51,333 nucleotides of DNA, from assembly GCA_964620025.1 (NCBI GenBank), contig CAZUJD010000001.1:1-51333 (forward strand). The letters are read 5' to 3'. Below are positions 18,769 to 27,033 of the stretch, in pieces. The DNA comes from an uncultured Ramlibacter sp. (lineage in GTDB: Bacteria; Pseudomonadota; Gammaproteobacteria; Burkholderiales; Burkholderiaceae_C). The notes beneath the pieces are model-generated. The model was given only the letters and a program-made list of their open reading frames with translations. It did not search any database and was not told the DNA's origin. A program made the translations under genes and the position numbers. Each line of letters starts with the position of its first letter. The first letter of the stretch is position 1.

Positions 18769-19344
18769 TCAGCCCTTGCGCGTCGGCCTGGCCCAGCCGA
18801 TGAACTGGGGTGCAACCCGCGCCACCACCGGCCCGTTGAAATCCCAGGTCATGCACCGGCCCATGTAGAACGGCGGCTTGTCGTCTTCAAAACGCGGCAG
18901 GCCGGCCTCGCGCCGGCGCACCTCCATGGCATGCGGAATGGTCTGAAACGCTGCCGTGGCCAGATTGAACAGCAGTTCACGCAGGTGCGTGCAGCCCTGC
19001 ACACCGCCGATGGTCCGGTCAATCGTCTGGCGCCAGCCGGCACCCATGGTCTGGCCCACCATGCGCTGCAGCGTGTCGCCGGCCACACCGCATTCGCCAA
19101 ACGGTGTCGCGTCCATCGACGACTCAATGAACCGGATGCACAACGTGTCGTCCACCGTCGCGCGTATGAACATGTGGTGGATGGGCGTGCCCGCGGGCAT
19201 GGGCCCGCTGCTGCTTTCGTAGCTGTAGTGCTTGCTGTCGTGCAGTTCGCCCTCCAGGTCCCACAGTCCGTCGTCGCGCGAAAAGCCGCGAAAGGTGATG
19301 GCACGGGTGTGCAGCGGGGATCGGTTAACGGCTGGGCTGAGCAT
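18769..19344 (-). CDS. DUF2889-like protein
   Basis: Start chosen at ATG 19344 (MLSPAVNRSPLHTR...), which avoids overlap with the upstream TetR gene. Family assignment is from memory of the GCTHLRELL-type motif. Confidence 0.6.
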   Translation of the reverse strand: MLSPAVNRSPLHTRAITFRGFSRDDGLWDLEGELHDSKHYSYESSSGPMPAGTPIHHMFIRATVDDTLCIRFIESSMDATPFGECGVAGDTLQRMVGQTMGAGWRQTIDRTIGGVQGCTHLRELLFNLATAAFQTIPHAMEVRRREAGLPRFEDDKPPFYMGRCMTWDFNGPVVARVAPQFIGWARPTRKG

Positions 19345-19364
19345 GGACAGGCAGGCAAAGAGAT

Positions 19365-19991
19365 TCAGGTCCCTGATTTTGCCCGTCCGGACTTCACGCG
19401 CGTGTCGCGCACGGGCAATACCCATTCATGCAGGCGCCGCGCAAGGGCTTCGGCGGGCCTGACAGGCAATGGCAGGCCGTCCAGCGCCCCGTCGATTGCC
19501 AGGTGCGCAAAGCCATGACCCAACGACCAGCCGGTCAGCGCCACCAACGCACCCTCGCCCGGCGCATAGCGCTCGGCAGCCTGCTGCACCTGCATGAACG
19601 AGGCACGTGCAGCCTCGGCCAGGACGGGAAACTCATCCTTGCGCGACAACAGTGGACCAAACATCAGCCGGAAGTGGGCGGGTTGCGCCCGCGCGTGCGC
19701 GACGTACACATCACCGATGCGCAACAGGGCCTCGCGGGCATCCGGCCGTGCGGCCGCCTCGGCCAGGGCGGCCCCCAGCATTTCGAACGAGCGCGCCGCC
19801 ACAGCCGCGAGCAGCTCATCCAGGTTGGCAAAGTGGTGGTAGGGCGCCGCATGCGACACACCGGCGACCCGCGCCACTTCACGCAGCGTCAGGCCCACAA
19901 GCCCCTGGCTGGCCAGCAATTCGTCGGCGGCCAGCATCAACGTCTCGCGCAGGTTGCCATGGTGGTAGGGACGGTTTTTCGGTGAAGCCAT
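19365..19991 (-). CDS. TetR/AcrR family transcriptional regulator
   Basis: Start at ATG 19991 (MASPKNRPYHHGNLRETL...). HTH TLREVARVAGVSHAAPYHHF is typical of TetR. Confidence 0.9.
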   Translation of the reverse strand: MASPKNRPYHHGNLRETLMLAADELLASQGLVGLTLREVARVAGVSHAAPYHHFANLDELLAAVAARSFEMLGAALAEAAARPDAREALLRIGDVYVAHARAQPAHFRLMFGPLLSRKDEFPVLAEAARASFMQVQQAAERYAPGEGALVALTGWSLGHGFAHLAIDGALDGLPLPVRPAEALARRLHEWVLPVRDTRVKSGRAKSGT

Positions 19992-20001
19992 GCCGTATAT
20001 C

Positions 20002-20054
20002 TTGACACGAGAAACATTGAGTCGCATGATGCATCAATCTTTCTCCAAGAAAGA
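20002..20054 (+). promoter_or_regulatory. Candidate sigma70 promoter (TTGACA-17-CATGAT) plus inverted repeats (ATTGA-N13-TCAAT; TCTTTCT-CCA-AGAAAGA) in the TetR/NTF2 divergent region
   Basis: TTGACA at 20002-20007, CATGAT at 20025-20030, perfect 7-bp inverted repeat at 20038-20054 just upstream of AAGGAGG and ATG 20067. Confidence 0.35.
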
Positions 20055-20066
20055 TAAGGAGGCAAC

Positions 20067-20543
20067 ATGTATCACCTCATCGTGCGCAGCAAGCTGCGCC
20101 GGGCTTTCGCGGCCATCAACCGCGGCGACTACAGCGCTGTCGTGGGGCAGTTCGCGCCGCGCCACCGGCATGTCATGTATGGCCACCACGCCCTGGCCGG
20201 CGAACGGCATACCCATGCCAGCACCGCACAGTGGTATGACCGGCTGCAGCGGCTGCTGCCCGGCCTGCGTTTCGATGTGAAGGACATCGCCGTGACCGGA
20301 TGGCCCTGGCGCACCGTGGCCACGGTCACCTGGAGCGACCATTTCTACCTGCCCGACGGCACTGCCGGGACCAATGCGGGCGTCCATGAGTTCGAACTGC
20401 GCTGGGGCCGCGTGCACGCACTGGCCGTTCACTGCGACACGGCCCGGCTGGCGGCGTACTGCCAGCGGATGGCGCGTTGCGGGCTGGCCGAGGCCGCGGC
20501 GCCACCCATCACCGATCTACTCCTCACTGAAAGCGCTGCATGA
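20067..20543 (+). CDS. NTF2/SnoaL-like fold protein
   Basis: 158 aa. Strong RBS AAGGAGG. Size and pattern are compatible with the SnoaL-like family. Low-specificity call. Confidence 0.6.
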   Translation: MYHLIVRSKLRRAFAAINRGDYSAVVGQFAPRHRHVMYGHHALAGERHTHASTAQWYDRLQRLLPGLRFDVKDIAVTGWPWRTVATVTWSDHFYLPDGTAGTNAGVHEFELRWGRVHALAVHCDTARLAAYCQRMARCGLAEAAAPPITDLLLTESAA

Positions 20544-20962
20544 ACCTGCCACTTTCTTCCTGGTTGATGGCCGCCAGCGCCATCACCGTGCTCACGCTGG
20601 GCCTGCTGCACCTGGTGTTCACTTTTCATGGCAGGCGGTTTGACCCGCGGGATGACGCTGTACGCCTGGGCATGCAGCAGACCACGCCCCGCCTCACGCG
20701 CGAGACCACCATGTGGAAGGCATGGATCGGCTTCAATGCCAGCCACAGCTATGGCGCCCTGCTGTTCGGCCTGGTGTGGGGCTGGCTGGCCCTGCGCCAG
20801 CCGGTGCTGCTGGCGCAGTCGTCCTTCCTGCAATGGCTGGGACTGTCGCTGCTGGCCGCCTACACGCACCTGGGCTGGCGCTACTGGTTCAGCATCCCGT
20901 TTCGCGGAATTGTGCTGGCCTTGCTGCTGTACGTTACGGCCCTGCTGCTGATCGCGTCCTAG
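20540..20962 (+). CDS. Small integral membrane protein (4 predicted TM)
   Basis: 140 aa, hydrophobic. ATGA overlap with the upstream gene. Confidence 0.65.
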   Translation: MNLPLSSWLMAASAITVLTLGLLHLVFTFHGRRFDPRDDAVRLGMQQTTPRLTRETTMWKAWIGFNASHSYGALLFGLVWGWLALRQPVLLAQSSFLQWLGLSLLAAYTHLGWRYWFSIPFRGIVLALLLYVTALLLIAS

Positions 20963-21663
20963 CCCAGCACGATCACCCGCGCCTGGGGCACGCGCGTGTA
21001 GGGGTCGTAGCCCAGCAGGCCGGCACGAAAGGTCATTTCCTGGCTTGCCGCGATGCGCCGGCGCTGGGCGGCGGAGGCCTGCGCCATGCTGGCCAGCAGC
21101 TCGGGCTCGAAGCGCACCGTGACTGGCGTGGACATCTCGAACAGGGCCTGCGGATCGCGTGCCAGCGCCCATGCAATCACCAGGTTGCCATTGGACAGCT
21201 GGACGGCCTGGGCGTTGGGCGGAAACAGGTGGCGGTACACGTCCCAGAAAGCTGTGCGGATCGGGTCCATCAGGCTGCCATCGGCCTGCGGCGTCGCCTC
21301 GGGCACCTCGTCGTCGTCCAGCAACCAGGCCAGCGCCGGCGGCTCGGCGTCAAACACGCGCAGCTGCACGCCGTGTGCACGGGCCACCTTCTCGCTGGTG
21401 CGGGTCAGGCGCGCAGTGGGGACGACCGAAGCCAGCCGCCTCAGGTGCGACAGCTGACGCGCCACCTGTTCGCCCAGCACGAAGTGTCCGGTGGAGTCCA
21501 GGCTCTCTTCGACCTGCAACAGGTTGACCAGCATCAACCGGTCGCCCTGGGCCAGGGTTTCTGCCGCCACCGCGTGAATGCCCTCTACAAAGGCGCCGAC
21601 ATCTGCCGGACCCTTGACCTCCACCCTGACAAATCGCGTCGCGCGAACGACCTGGAATTCCAT
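20959..21663 (-). CDS. Hypothetical two-domain protein (234 aa)
   Basis: Clean ORF with coding-like composition. The N-terminal ~110 aa is vaguely STAS/SpoIIAA-like. No motif I can name. Confidence 0.55.
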   Translation of the reverse strand: MEFQVVRATRFVRVEVKGPADVGAFVEGIHAVAAETLAQGDRLMLVNLLQVEESLDSTGHFVLGEQVARQLSHLRRLASVVPTARLTRTSEKVARAHGVQLRVFDAEPPALAWLLDDDEVPEATPQADGSLMDPIRTAFWDVYRHLFPPNAQAVQLSNGNLVIAWALARDPQALFEMSTPVTVRFEPELLASMAQASAAQRRRIAASQEMTFRAGLLGYDPYTRVPQARVIVLG

Positions 21664-21789
21664 GGATTTCCCGTCCCGTCACGCACCCGGCACAGGGGCA
21701 CGTGCGCGTATTGTGATCTGCCTCAGCACATTGCGGGGGCCCGACGCCGACAATACGCCTTTGCCACTGTTTTCCCGGGTCCAACTTCC

Positions 21790-22722
21790 ATGCTGTCATT
21801 CCTGCCCCCGGTCATGCGGGGCGTCATTGCCTTTGCCCTGCTGGTCATCAACACGCTCTTCTGGTGCGCCCTGCTGTTTGCCATGTCGCTGGTCAAGCTG
21901 GCGCTGCCGCTGGCGTCCGTGCGCCGACGCGTGGACCCGGCGCTCAACGCCATCGCCACGGCCTGGATCAGCTGCAACAGCGCCTGGATGCGCCTGACCC
22001 AGAACACTGCCTGGGATGTACAGGGCGTGGACAGCCTGCCCTACCGGGGCTGGTACCTGGTCAATTGCAACCACCAGTCCTGGGTGGACATTTTTGTGCT
22101 CCAGCACGTGATGAACCGCCGCATCCCCCTGCTGAAGTTCTTCCTCAAGCAGGAGCTGATCTGGGTGCCGGTGATCGGCGTGGCCTGGTGGGCGCTGGAT
22201 TTCCCGTTCATGAAGCGCCACGGCAAGGCGGCCATGCGCCGCAATCCCGACCTGCGCCGCCAGGACCGCGAAACCACGCGGCGAGCCTGCGAAAAATTTG
22301 CGCTGGTGCCCACCAGCGTCATGAACTTCGCCGAAGGCACGCGGTTTACCGCCGCCAAACACCGCGCGCAGTCATCGCCTTACCGCCACCTGCTCAAGCC
22401 CAAGGCCGGGGCGCTTGCCCTGGCGCTCAACGCCATGGGCGAGCAGTTTCATTCGCTGGTGGACGTGACCATCGTTTACCCCGGCGGCGTGCCCACGTTC
22501 TGGCAGTTCCTGTGCGGCCGCGCGCCGCGCATCATCCTGCGCGCGCGCCAGCTGCCCATACCGGCGGAATTCACCAGCGGCGACTACGACAGCGACAGCG
22601 AATTCCGCGGTACCTTCCACCGCTGGCTGGCCGGATTGTGGGAATACAAGGACGCCGAAATCAGCGCCCTGCTGGGTGAGCCTGCCAGCAGTCCGGTTAC
22701 AGCGCGTTCAGCGGGATCTTGA
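21790..22722 (+). CDS. Acyltransferase (lysophospholipid / 1-acyl-glycerol-3-phosphate acyltransferase family, YihG-like)
   Basis: Start at ATG 21790 inside ORF 20713-22722. N-terminal TM. Acyltransferase HX4D motif NHQSWVD and FAEGTR motif. Confidence 0.85.
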   Translation: MLSFLPPVMRGVIAFALLVINTLFWCALLFAMSLVKLALPLASVRRRVDPALNAIATAWISCNSAWMRLTQNTAWDVQGVDSLPYRGWYLVNCNHQSWVDIFVLQHVMNRRIPLLKFFLKQELIWVPVIGVAWWALDFPFMKRHGKAAMRRNPDLRRQDRETTRRACEKFALVPTSVMNFAEGTRFTAAKHRAQSSPYRHLLKPKAGALALALNAMGEQFHSLVDVTIVYPGGVPTFWQFLCGRAPRIILRARQLPIPAEFTSGDYDSDSEFRGTFHRWLAGLWEYKDAEISALLGEPASSPVTARSAGS

Positions 22723-23557
22723 GGTAGGCGACGCCGTTGGCTTCGGCGGGCGGCAGATCCCCCGCGCGGATGTTCACCTGCACGGCCGGCAGGATCAGCA
22801 CGGGCATGTCCAGCGTGGCGTCGCGCGCGGTGCGCATGGCCACAAAGTCGCCTTCACTCACACCATCGTGCACGTGAATGTTGCCGGCACGCTGGGCTGC
22901 CACCGTGGTCTCCCAGGCAGGTTCGCGCCCCGCAGGCGGATAGTCGTGGCACATGAACAGCCGGGTGTCGCCCGGAAAGGCCAGCAACTTGCGCACCGAC
23001 TGGTACAGCGCAGGTGCACTTCCACCCGGGAAGTCGCAGCGGGCCGTGCCTACATCGGGCATGAACATCGTGTCGCCCACGAACACCGCATCGCCCACCT
23101 GGTAAGCCATGCAGGCAGGTGTGTGGCCCGGCACGGACACCGCCTGGGCTTGCAGTGCTCCGATGGCAAAGGTTTCGCCATCGTGCAGCAGATGGTCAAA
23201 CTGGTGGCCGTCGGGACGGAACTCGGGCTCCAGATTGAAGATGCGCTTGAACACGTCCTGCACCTGGGTGATGGCCGCGCCGATCGCAATCCTGCCGCCC
23301 AGCTTCCTGCGCAGGTAATGTGCCGCAGAAAGGTGATCGGCATGGGCATGCGTTTCCAGGATCCACGCAACCTGCAGCTGCTTTTCCTGCACAAAGGCGA
23401 TCAGCTTGTCAGCCGATGCCGTACGGGTACGGCCGGACTTGGGGTCGTAGTCGAGCACTGAATCGACGATGGCGCAGGCCGCGCCCTCTTTCTCATAGAC
23501 CACATAGCTCACAGTCCAGGTGGCCGGATCGAAGAAGCCTTTGACGATGGGGTTCAT
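22697..23557 (-). CDS. MBL-fold hydrolase, persulfide dioxygenase-like (Blh/ETHE1-type)
   Basis: 286 aa. Metal motif THAHADH, later GHTPACM and D...H ligands. Divergent from an ArsR/BigR-like regulator. Confidence 0.8.
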   Translation of the reverse strand: MNPIVKGFFDPATWTVSYVVYEKEGAACAIVDSVLDYDPKSGRTRTASADKLIAFVQEKQLQVAWILETHAHADHLSAAHYLRRKLGGRIAIGAAITQVQDVFKRIFNLEPEFRPDGHQFDHLLHDGETFAIGALQAQAVSVPGHTPACMAYQVGDAVFVGDTMFMPDVGTARCDFPGGSAPALYQSVRKLLAFPGDTRLFMCHDYPPAGREPAWETTVAAQRAGNIHVHDGVSEGDFVAMRTARDATLDMPVLILPAVQVNIRAGDLPPAEANGVAYLKIPLNAL

Positions 23558-23593
23558 GAATGCTCCGTGATGCTGTTCGATTGCAATTTTTAT

Positions 23594-23628
23594 AGTATAT
23601 TGACAAATAGTTTATTAATCAATAGAAT
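23594..23628. promoter_or_regulatory. Overlapping divergent sigma70-like promoters
   Basis: Plus strand: TTGACA (23600-23605), 17 nt, TAGAAT (23623-23628). Minus strand: TTGATT (complement of 23617-23622), 17 nt, TATACT (complement of 23594-23599). Confidence 0.55.
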
Positions 23629-23645
23629 ATTTATCGATCAATTGA
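23618..23645. promoter_or_regulatory. Candidate operator: imperfect palindrome ATCAATAGAATATTTATCGAT, direct ATCAAT-N13-ATCAAT, and perfect palindrome TCAATTGA
   Basis: Read from the AT-rich 101-bp intergenic region. Overlaps the -10 of the plus promoter and the -35 of the minus promoter. Confidence 0.4.
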
Positions 23646-23658
23646 AAAGGGACTTCGC

Positions 23659-23976
23659 ATGCAGTCAGATACCGTGATGGACATCAGCATCCTGCGCCAG
23701 TCAGCTGATGCTGCCAGCCGGCTCATGAAGGCACTGTCCAACCCGGACAGGCTGCTGTTGCTGTGCCAGCTGGCCCAGGGCGAAAAGCGCGTGGGCGAAC
23801 TGGAAGAAATCGTGGGCATCGTGCAACCCACGCTGTCGCAGCAACTGGGCGTGCTGCGCGACGAGGGGCTGGTCAGTACCCGACGCGAAGGCAAGAACAT
23901 CTATTACCGCATTGACAGTCCGCAGGCGCTCGCCGTGCTGGGCGTTCTGTACGTGCAATTTTGTGGCAACCCCTAG
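23659..23976 (+). CDS. ArsR/SmtB family regulator, BigR-like (two-Cys persulfide sensor candidate)
   Basis: 105 aa. Winged HTH ELEEIVGIVQPTLSQQLGVLRDEGLV. Cys36 (LLLCQLA) and Cys102 (QFCGNP) are 66 residues apart. From memory, BigR has the same spacing (Cys42/Cys108). Confidence 0.8.
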   Translation: MQSDTVMDISILRQSADAASRLMKALSNPDRLLLLCQLAQGEKRVGELEEIVGIVQPTLSQQLGVLRDEGLVSTRREGKNIYYRIDSPQALAVLGVLYVQFCGNP

Positions 23977-23987
23977 GAGCAAATCAC

Positions 23988-24419
23988 ATGACCATTGACT
24001 GGGCACATTTCACGCCATGGGCCTCGTTGGCCGGCGGCATTCTGCTGGGGTTGGCCTCGGCGCTGTTCATCCTGTTGAACGGCCGCATCCTGGGCATCAG
24101 CGGCATTCTGGGCGGCCTGCTGCGGCCGGTCAAAGGCGAGATGGGCTGGCGGGTCGCCTTTCTGGCGGGCCTGCTGGCGGCACCACTGCTTTACCTTGCC
24201 GTAGCCGGCCCTACCCCTGCCCGCGTTGATGCCGGCTGGCTCACGCTGGTGGTCGCCGGCGTGCTGGTCGGCGTAGGCACGCGTTATGGCTCGGGCTGCA
24301 CCAGCGGCCACGGCGTATGTGGCCTGTCCCGCCTGTCCCCGCGCTCACTGGTGGCCACGCTGGCCTTCATGGGCACTGGCTTTGTCACGGTCTTTGTCGT
24401 GCGTCACGCCTTCGCGTGA
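23988..24419 (+). CDS. YeeE/YedE family half-transporter (sulfur-compound transport component)
   Basis: Start at ATG 23988 with AGGAG upstream. 143 aa, 4 TM, conserved GCTSGHG motif. Confidence 0.8.
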   Translation: MTIDWAHFTPWASLAGGILLGLASALFILLNGRILGISGILGGLLRPVKGEMGWRVAFLAGLLAAPLLYLAVAGPTPARVDAGWLTLVVAGVLVGVGTRYGSGCTSGHGVCGLSRLSPRSLVATLAFMGTGFVTVFVVRHAFA

Positions 24420-24446
24420 AGTTCATCCCCATCCAGGAGCATTTCC

Positions 24447-24872
24447 ATGCAACATCGCATCACCGAATTCGCCGTGGGCCTGCTGTTCGGCATCGGCCTG
24501 ATCCTGTCGGGCATGACAGACCCCGGCAAAGTCATCGGCTTTCTTGACCTGGCCGGCGCCTGGGATCCATCACTGGCGCTGGTCATGGGCGGCGCGATCG
24601 CGGTCGGCGTCTTCGCGTTCGCGTTGGCCAAAAAGCGCACGCGCACTTTCCTGGGTGGCGCGTTGCACCTGCCCAAGTCCAATGACATCGACCGCCGGCT
24701 GGTGGCAGGCAGCCTGCTGTTTGGCGCCGGCTGGGGACTGGCAGGCTTTTGCCCCGGACCTGCACTGGTGTCGCTGGGCGCCGGCCAACCGAAGGCTGCC
24801 GTGTTTGTGGTGGCCATGGTCGCTGGCATGGCCCTGTTCGAGCTGCTGGAGCGTCTGCAGGCTCGCAAATGA
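24447..24872 (+). CDS. YeeE/YedE family half-transporter, second subunit
   Basis: 141 aa, 4 TM, motif GAGWGLAGFCPGPA. Paired with the preceding gene. Confidence 0.8.
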   Translation: MQHRITEFAVGLLFGIGLILSGMTDPGKVIGFLDLAGAWDPSLALVMGGAIAVGVFAFALAKKRTRTFLGGALHLPKSNDIDRRLVAGSLLFGAGWGLAGFCPGPALVSLGAGQPKAAVFVVAMVAGMALFELLERLQARK

Positions 24873-26593
24873 TGCGCAGATTGCCCCCGTGGTTGCCTGA
24901 CTGGCTGCGCCAGTACCGGCCAGCCTGGTTCGCTGGCGACCTGACAGCCGGCATCATCGTCACGGTGATGCTGATTCCGCAGAGTCTGGCCTATGCTTTG
25001 CTGGCCGGGCTGCCGCCCGAAGCAGGGCTGTACGCCAGCATTCTGCCGATCATCGCGTATGCCCTGCTGGGCTCCAGCATGACGCTGGCCGTTGGCCCGG
25101 TGGCAGTGGCTTCGCTGATGACCGCCAGCGCGCTGCAACCGCTGGCCACGGCAGGATCCACGCAGTACGTGGCGCTGGCAATGCAGTTGTCTCTGCTGTC
25201 GGGCTTGATGCTGCTGGCCTTTGGCGCGCTACGGCTGGGCTTTCTGGCGTACTTCCTGAGCCATCCTGTCATCAGTGGTTTCATTAGCGGGTCGGCCGTG
25301 CTGATCGCCGTGGGCCAGATCAAGCACATCCTGGACGTCAAGGTGGCGGGCAGTGATGTACCGCAAGTACTGCAGGGCCTGACCGCAGCACTGCCCCATA
25401 CACAGCCTGTCACGCTGGCCATCGGCCTGGCCAGCCTGTTGTTCCTGTGGGGTGCGCGCCGCTACCTGTCGCGCCAGCTGCGGCGTATGGGCGTGGATGC
25501 CAAGGCCGCAGATTTGCTGACCAGGCTGGCCCCCATGGCCGCTGTGATCGCATCCACCGCCGTGGTGGGCCTGCTGCGGCTGGATCAGTCCGCCAGCGTG
25601 AGCGTGGTGGGCGCCGTACCGCGCGGGTTGCCGCAGCTGGGCCTGACCCTGCCGGGCATGGACACACTGGCCCTGCTGTGGCTGCCCGCGCTGCTGATCT
25701 CCCTGGTGGGCTTTGTGGAAAGCGTGTCGGTGGCGCAATCTCTGGCGCTCAAGCGGCAGCAACGAATTGTCCCCAATCGCGAACTGATGGGCCTGGGCGC
25801 GGCCAATGTGGCCAGCGCGCTGTCGGGCGGCTACCCGGTGACAGGAGGCTTCGCGCGATCAGTGGTCAACTTTGCCGCCGGCGCACAAACACCGCTGGCA
25901 GGTGTGATCTCGGCCGTGCTGATGGCGGTGGTGATCGCCGCACTGACGGGCTGGTTCCACTTCCTGCCCCATGCGGTGCTGGCCGCCACCATCATCGTTG
26001 CGGTGACGTCACTGATCGACCTGGACATCCTGCGCCATGCCTGGCACTACGACCGCGCGGACGCACTGTCGCTGCTGGTTACGGCCGCCGGCGTGGTGCT
26101 GCTGGGTGTAGAGGCCGGCATCCTGATGGGCGTGACGCTGTCACTGGGCACCATCGTCTGGCGCAACACCCATCCACACATTGCCGTGGTCGGCCGCCTG
26201 CCGGGCACCCAGCACTTTCGCAATGTCGAGCGCTATGTGGTGCAGACCGTGCCCGGCCTGCTGGCCGTGCGGGTCGACGAAAGCCTGTTCTTTGCCAATG
26301 CCACGGTCGTGGAAGACCGCATTGAAGCCCTGCTGGCGCGCGATGCCGGGGTGCGGCGGGTGGTGCTGATCTGCTCGGCCATCAACCAGATCGACTCCAC
26401 CGCGCTGGGTGTGCTCACGCAGATGGAGCGCAACCTGGATGCGCGAGGCATCGAGTTCACCCTCGCCGAAGTCAAGGGCCCTGTGATGGACCGCCTGCGC
26501 GAGACTTCGCTGGGCCAGCGGCTGCAGGGCAAGGTGTTCCTGAGCACCCACGACGCGTTCATGCAGCCGGTGCCAGAGCCTCCCAGGCAGTGA
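24869..26593 (+). CDS. SulP family anion permease with C-terminal STAS domain
   Basis: Start at ATG 24869 (ATGA overlap). N-terminus DLTAGIIVTVMLIPQSLAYALLAGLPPEAGLY is typical of SulP. STAS-like C-terminus. Confidence 0.9.
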   Translation: MMRRLPPWLPDWLRQYRPAWFAGDLTAGIIVTVMLIPQSLAYALLAGLPPEAGLYASILPIIAYALLGSSMTLAVGPVAVASLMTASALQPLATAGSTQYVALAMQLSLLSGLMLLAFGALRLGFLAYFLSHPVISGFISGSAVLIAVGQIKHILDVKVAGSDVPQVLQGLTAALPHTQPVTLAIGLASLLFLWGARRYLSRQLRRMGVDAKAADLLTRLAPMAAVIASTAVVGLLRLDQSASVSVVGAVPRGLPQLGLTLPGMDTLALLWLPALLISLVGFVESVSVAQSLALKRQQRIVPNRELMGLGAANVASALSGGYPVTGGFARSVVNFAAGAQTPLAGVISAVLMAVVIAALTGWFHFLPHAVLAATIIVAVTSLIDLDILRHAWHYDRADALSLLVTAAGVVLLGVEAGILMGVTLSLGTIVWRNTHPHIAVVGRLPGTQHFRNVERYVVQTVPGLLAVRVDESLFFANATVVEDRIEALLARDAGVRRVVLICSAINQIDSTALGVLTQMERNLDARGIEFTLAEVKGPVMDRLRETSLGQRLQGKVFLSTHDAFMQPVPEPPRQ

Positions 26594-26978
26594 GGGTTTC
26601 GGCGGCGTACATCAGCGCCGGGCCGCCGCCCATGTACACGCACACGGCCAGCATCTCTTCCAGCTCGGCGCGCGTGCAGCCCAGCTTGTGCAATGCCTTC
26701 ACATGAAAGGCAATACAACCTGAACAGCGCTGCGTGATGCCGATGGCCAGTGCCATCAGTTCCTTGTGGCGCGAGCTGATGGCACCGTCAGCCATCGCGG
26801 CGCGGGCCACCTGTCCGAAACCCTGCATGGCCTCGGGCTGCGTTTTGCGCAACTGTGCCAGCTGGGTATTGAGACCCTGCATCAGGGTCGCATGGTCAAG
26901 TGTGCTCATGATGACGCCGGTAATTTCGATACCATCACTGTGCACCTGCGCGAGCTGCCGTGGATTGATCCTTGTCAT
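26559..26978 (-). CDS. Carboxymuconolactone decarboxylase (AhpD-like) family protein
   Basis: CxxC motif in ITQRCSGCIAFHVKAL. The start is uncertain (26978, or the internal ATG at 26909 giving ~116 aa). The 3' end overlaps the SulP 3' end by 35 nt. Confidence 0.75.
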   Translation of the reverse strand: MTRINPRQLAQVHSDGIEITGVIMSTLDHATLMQGLNTQLAQLRKTQPEAMQGFGQVARAAMADGAISSRHKELMALAIGITQRCSGCIAFHVKALHKLGCTRAELEEMLAVCVYMGGGPALMYAAETLTAWEALAPAA

Positions 26979-27033
26979 GCAGCATGCAGGTCAGTCGCCA
27001 CCGGAAGACATGGCGGCTGGACCGACCGGTGAT

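Noticed and set aside
26559-26978. AhpD/CMD-like CxxC protein as the arsenosugar-associated peroxidase-like protein, which would link it to the GT2/DUF2064 operon.
   Set aside because: It lies about 10 kb away on a different transcription unit, and the CxxC AhpD fold is very common. I cannot distinguish the subfamily by eye.
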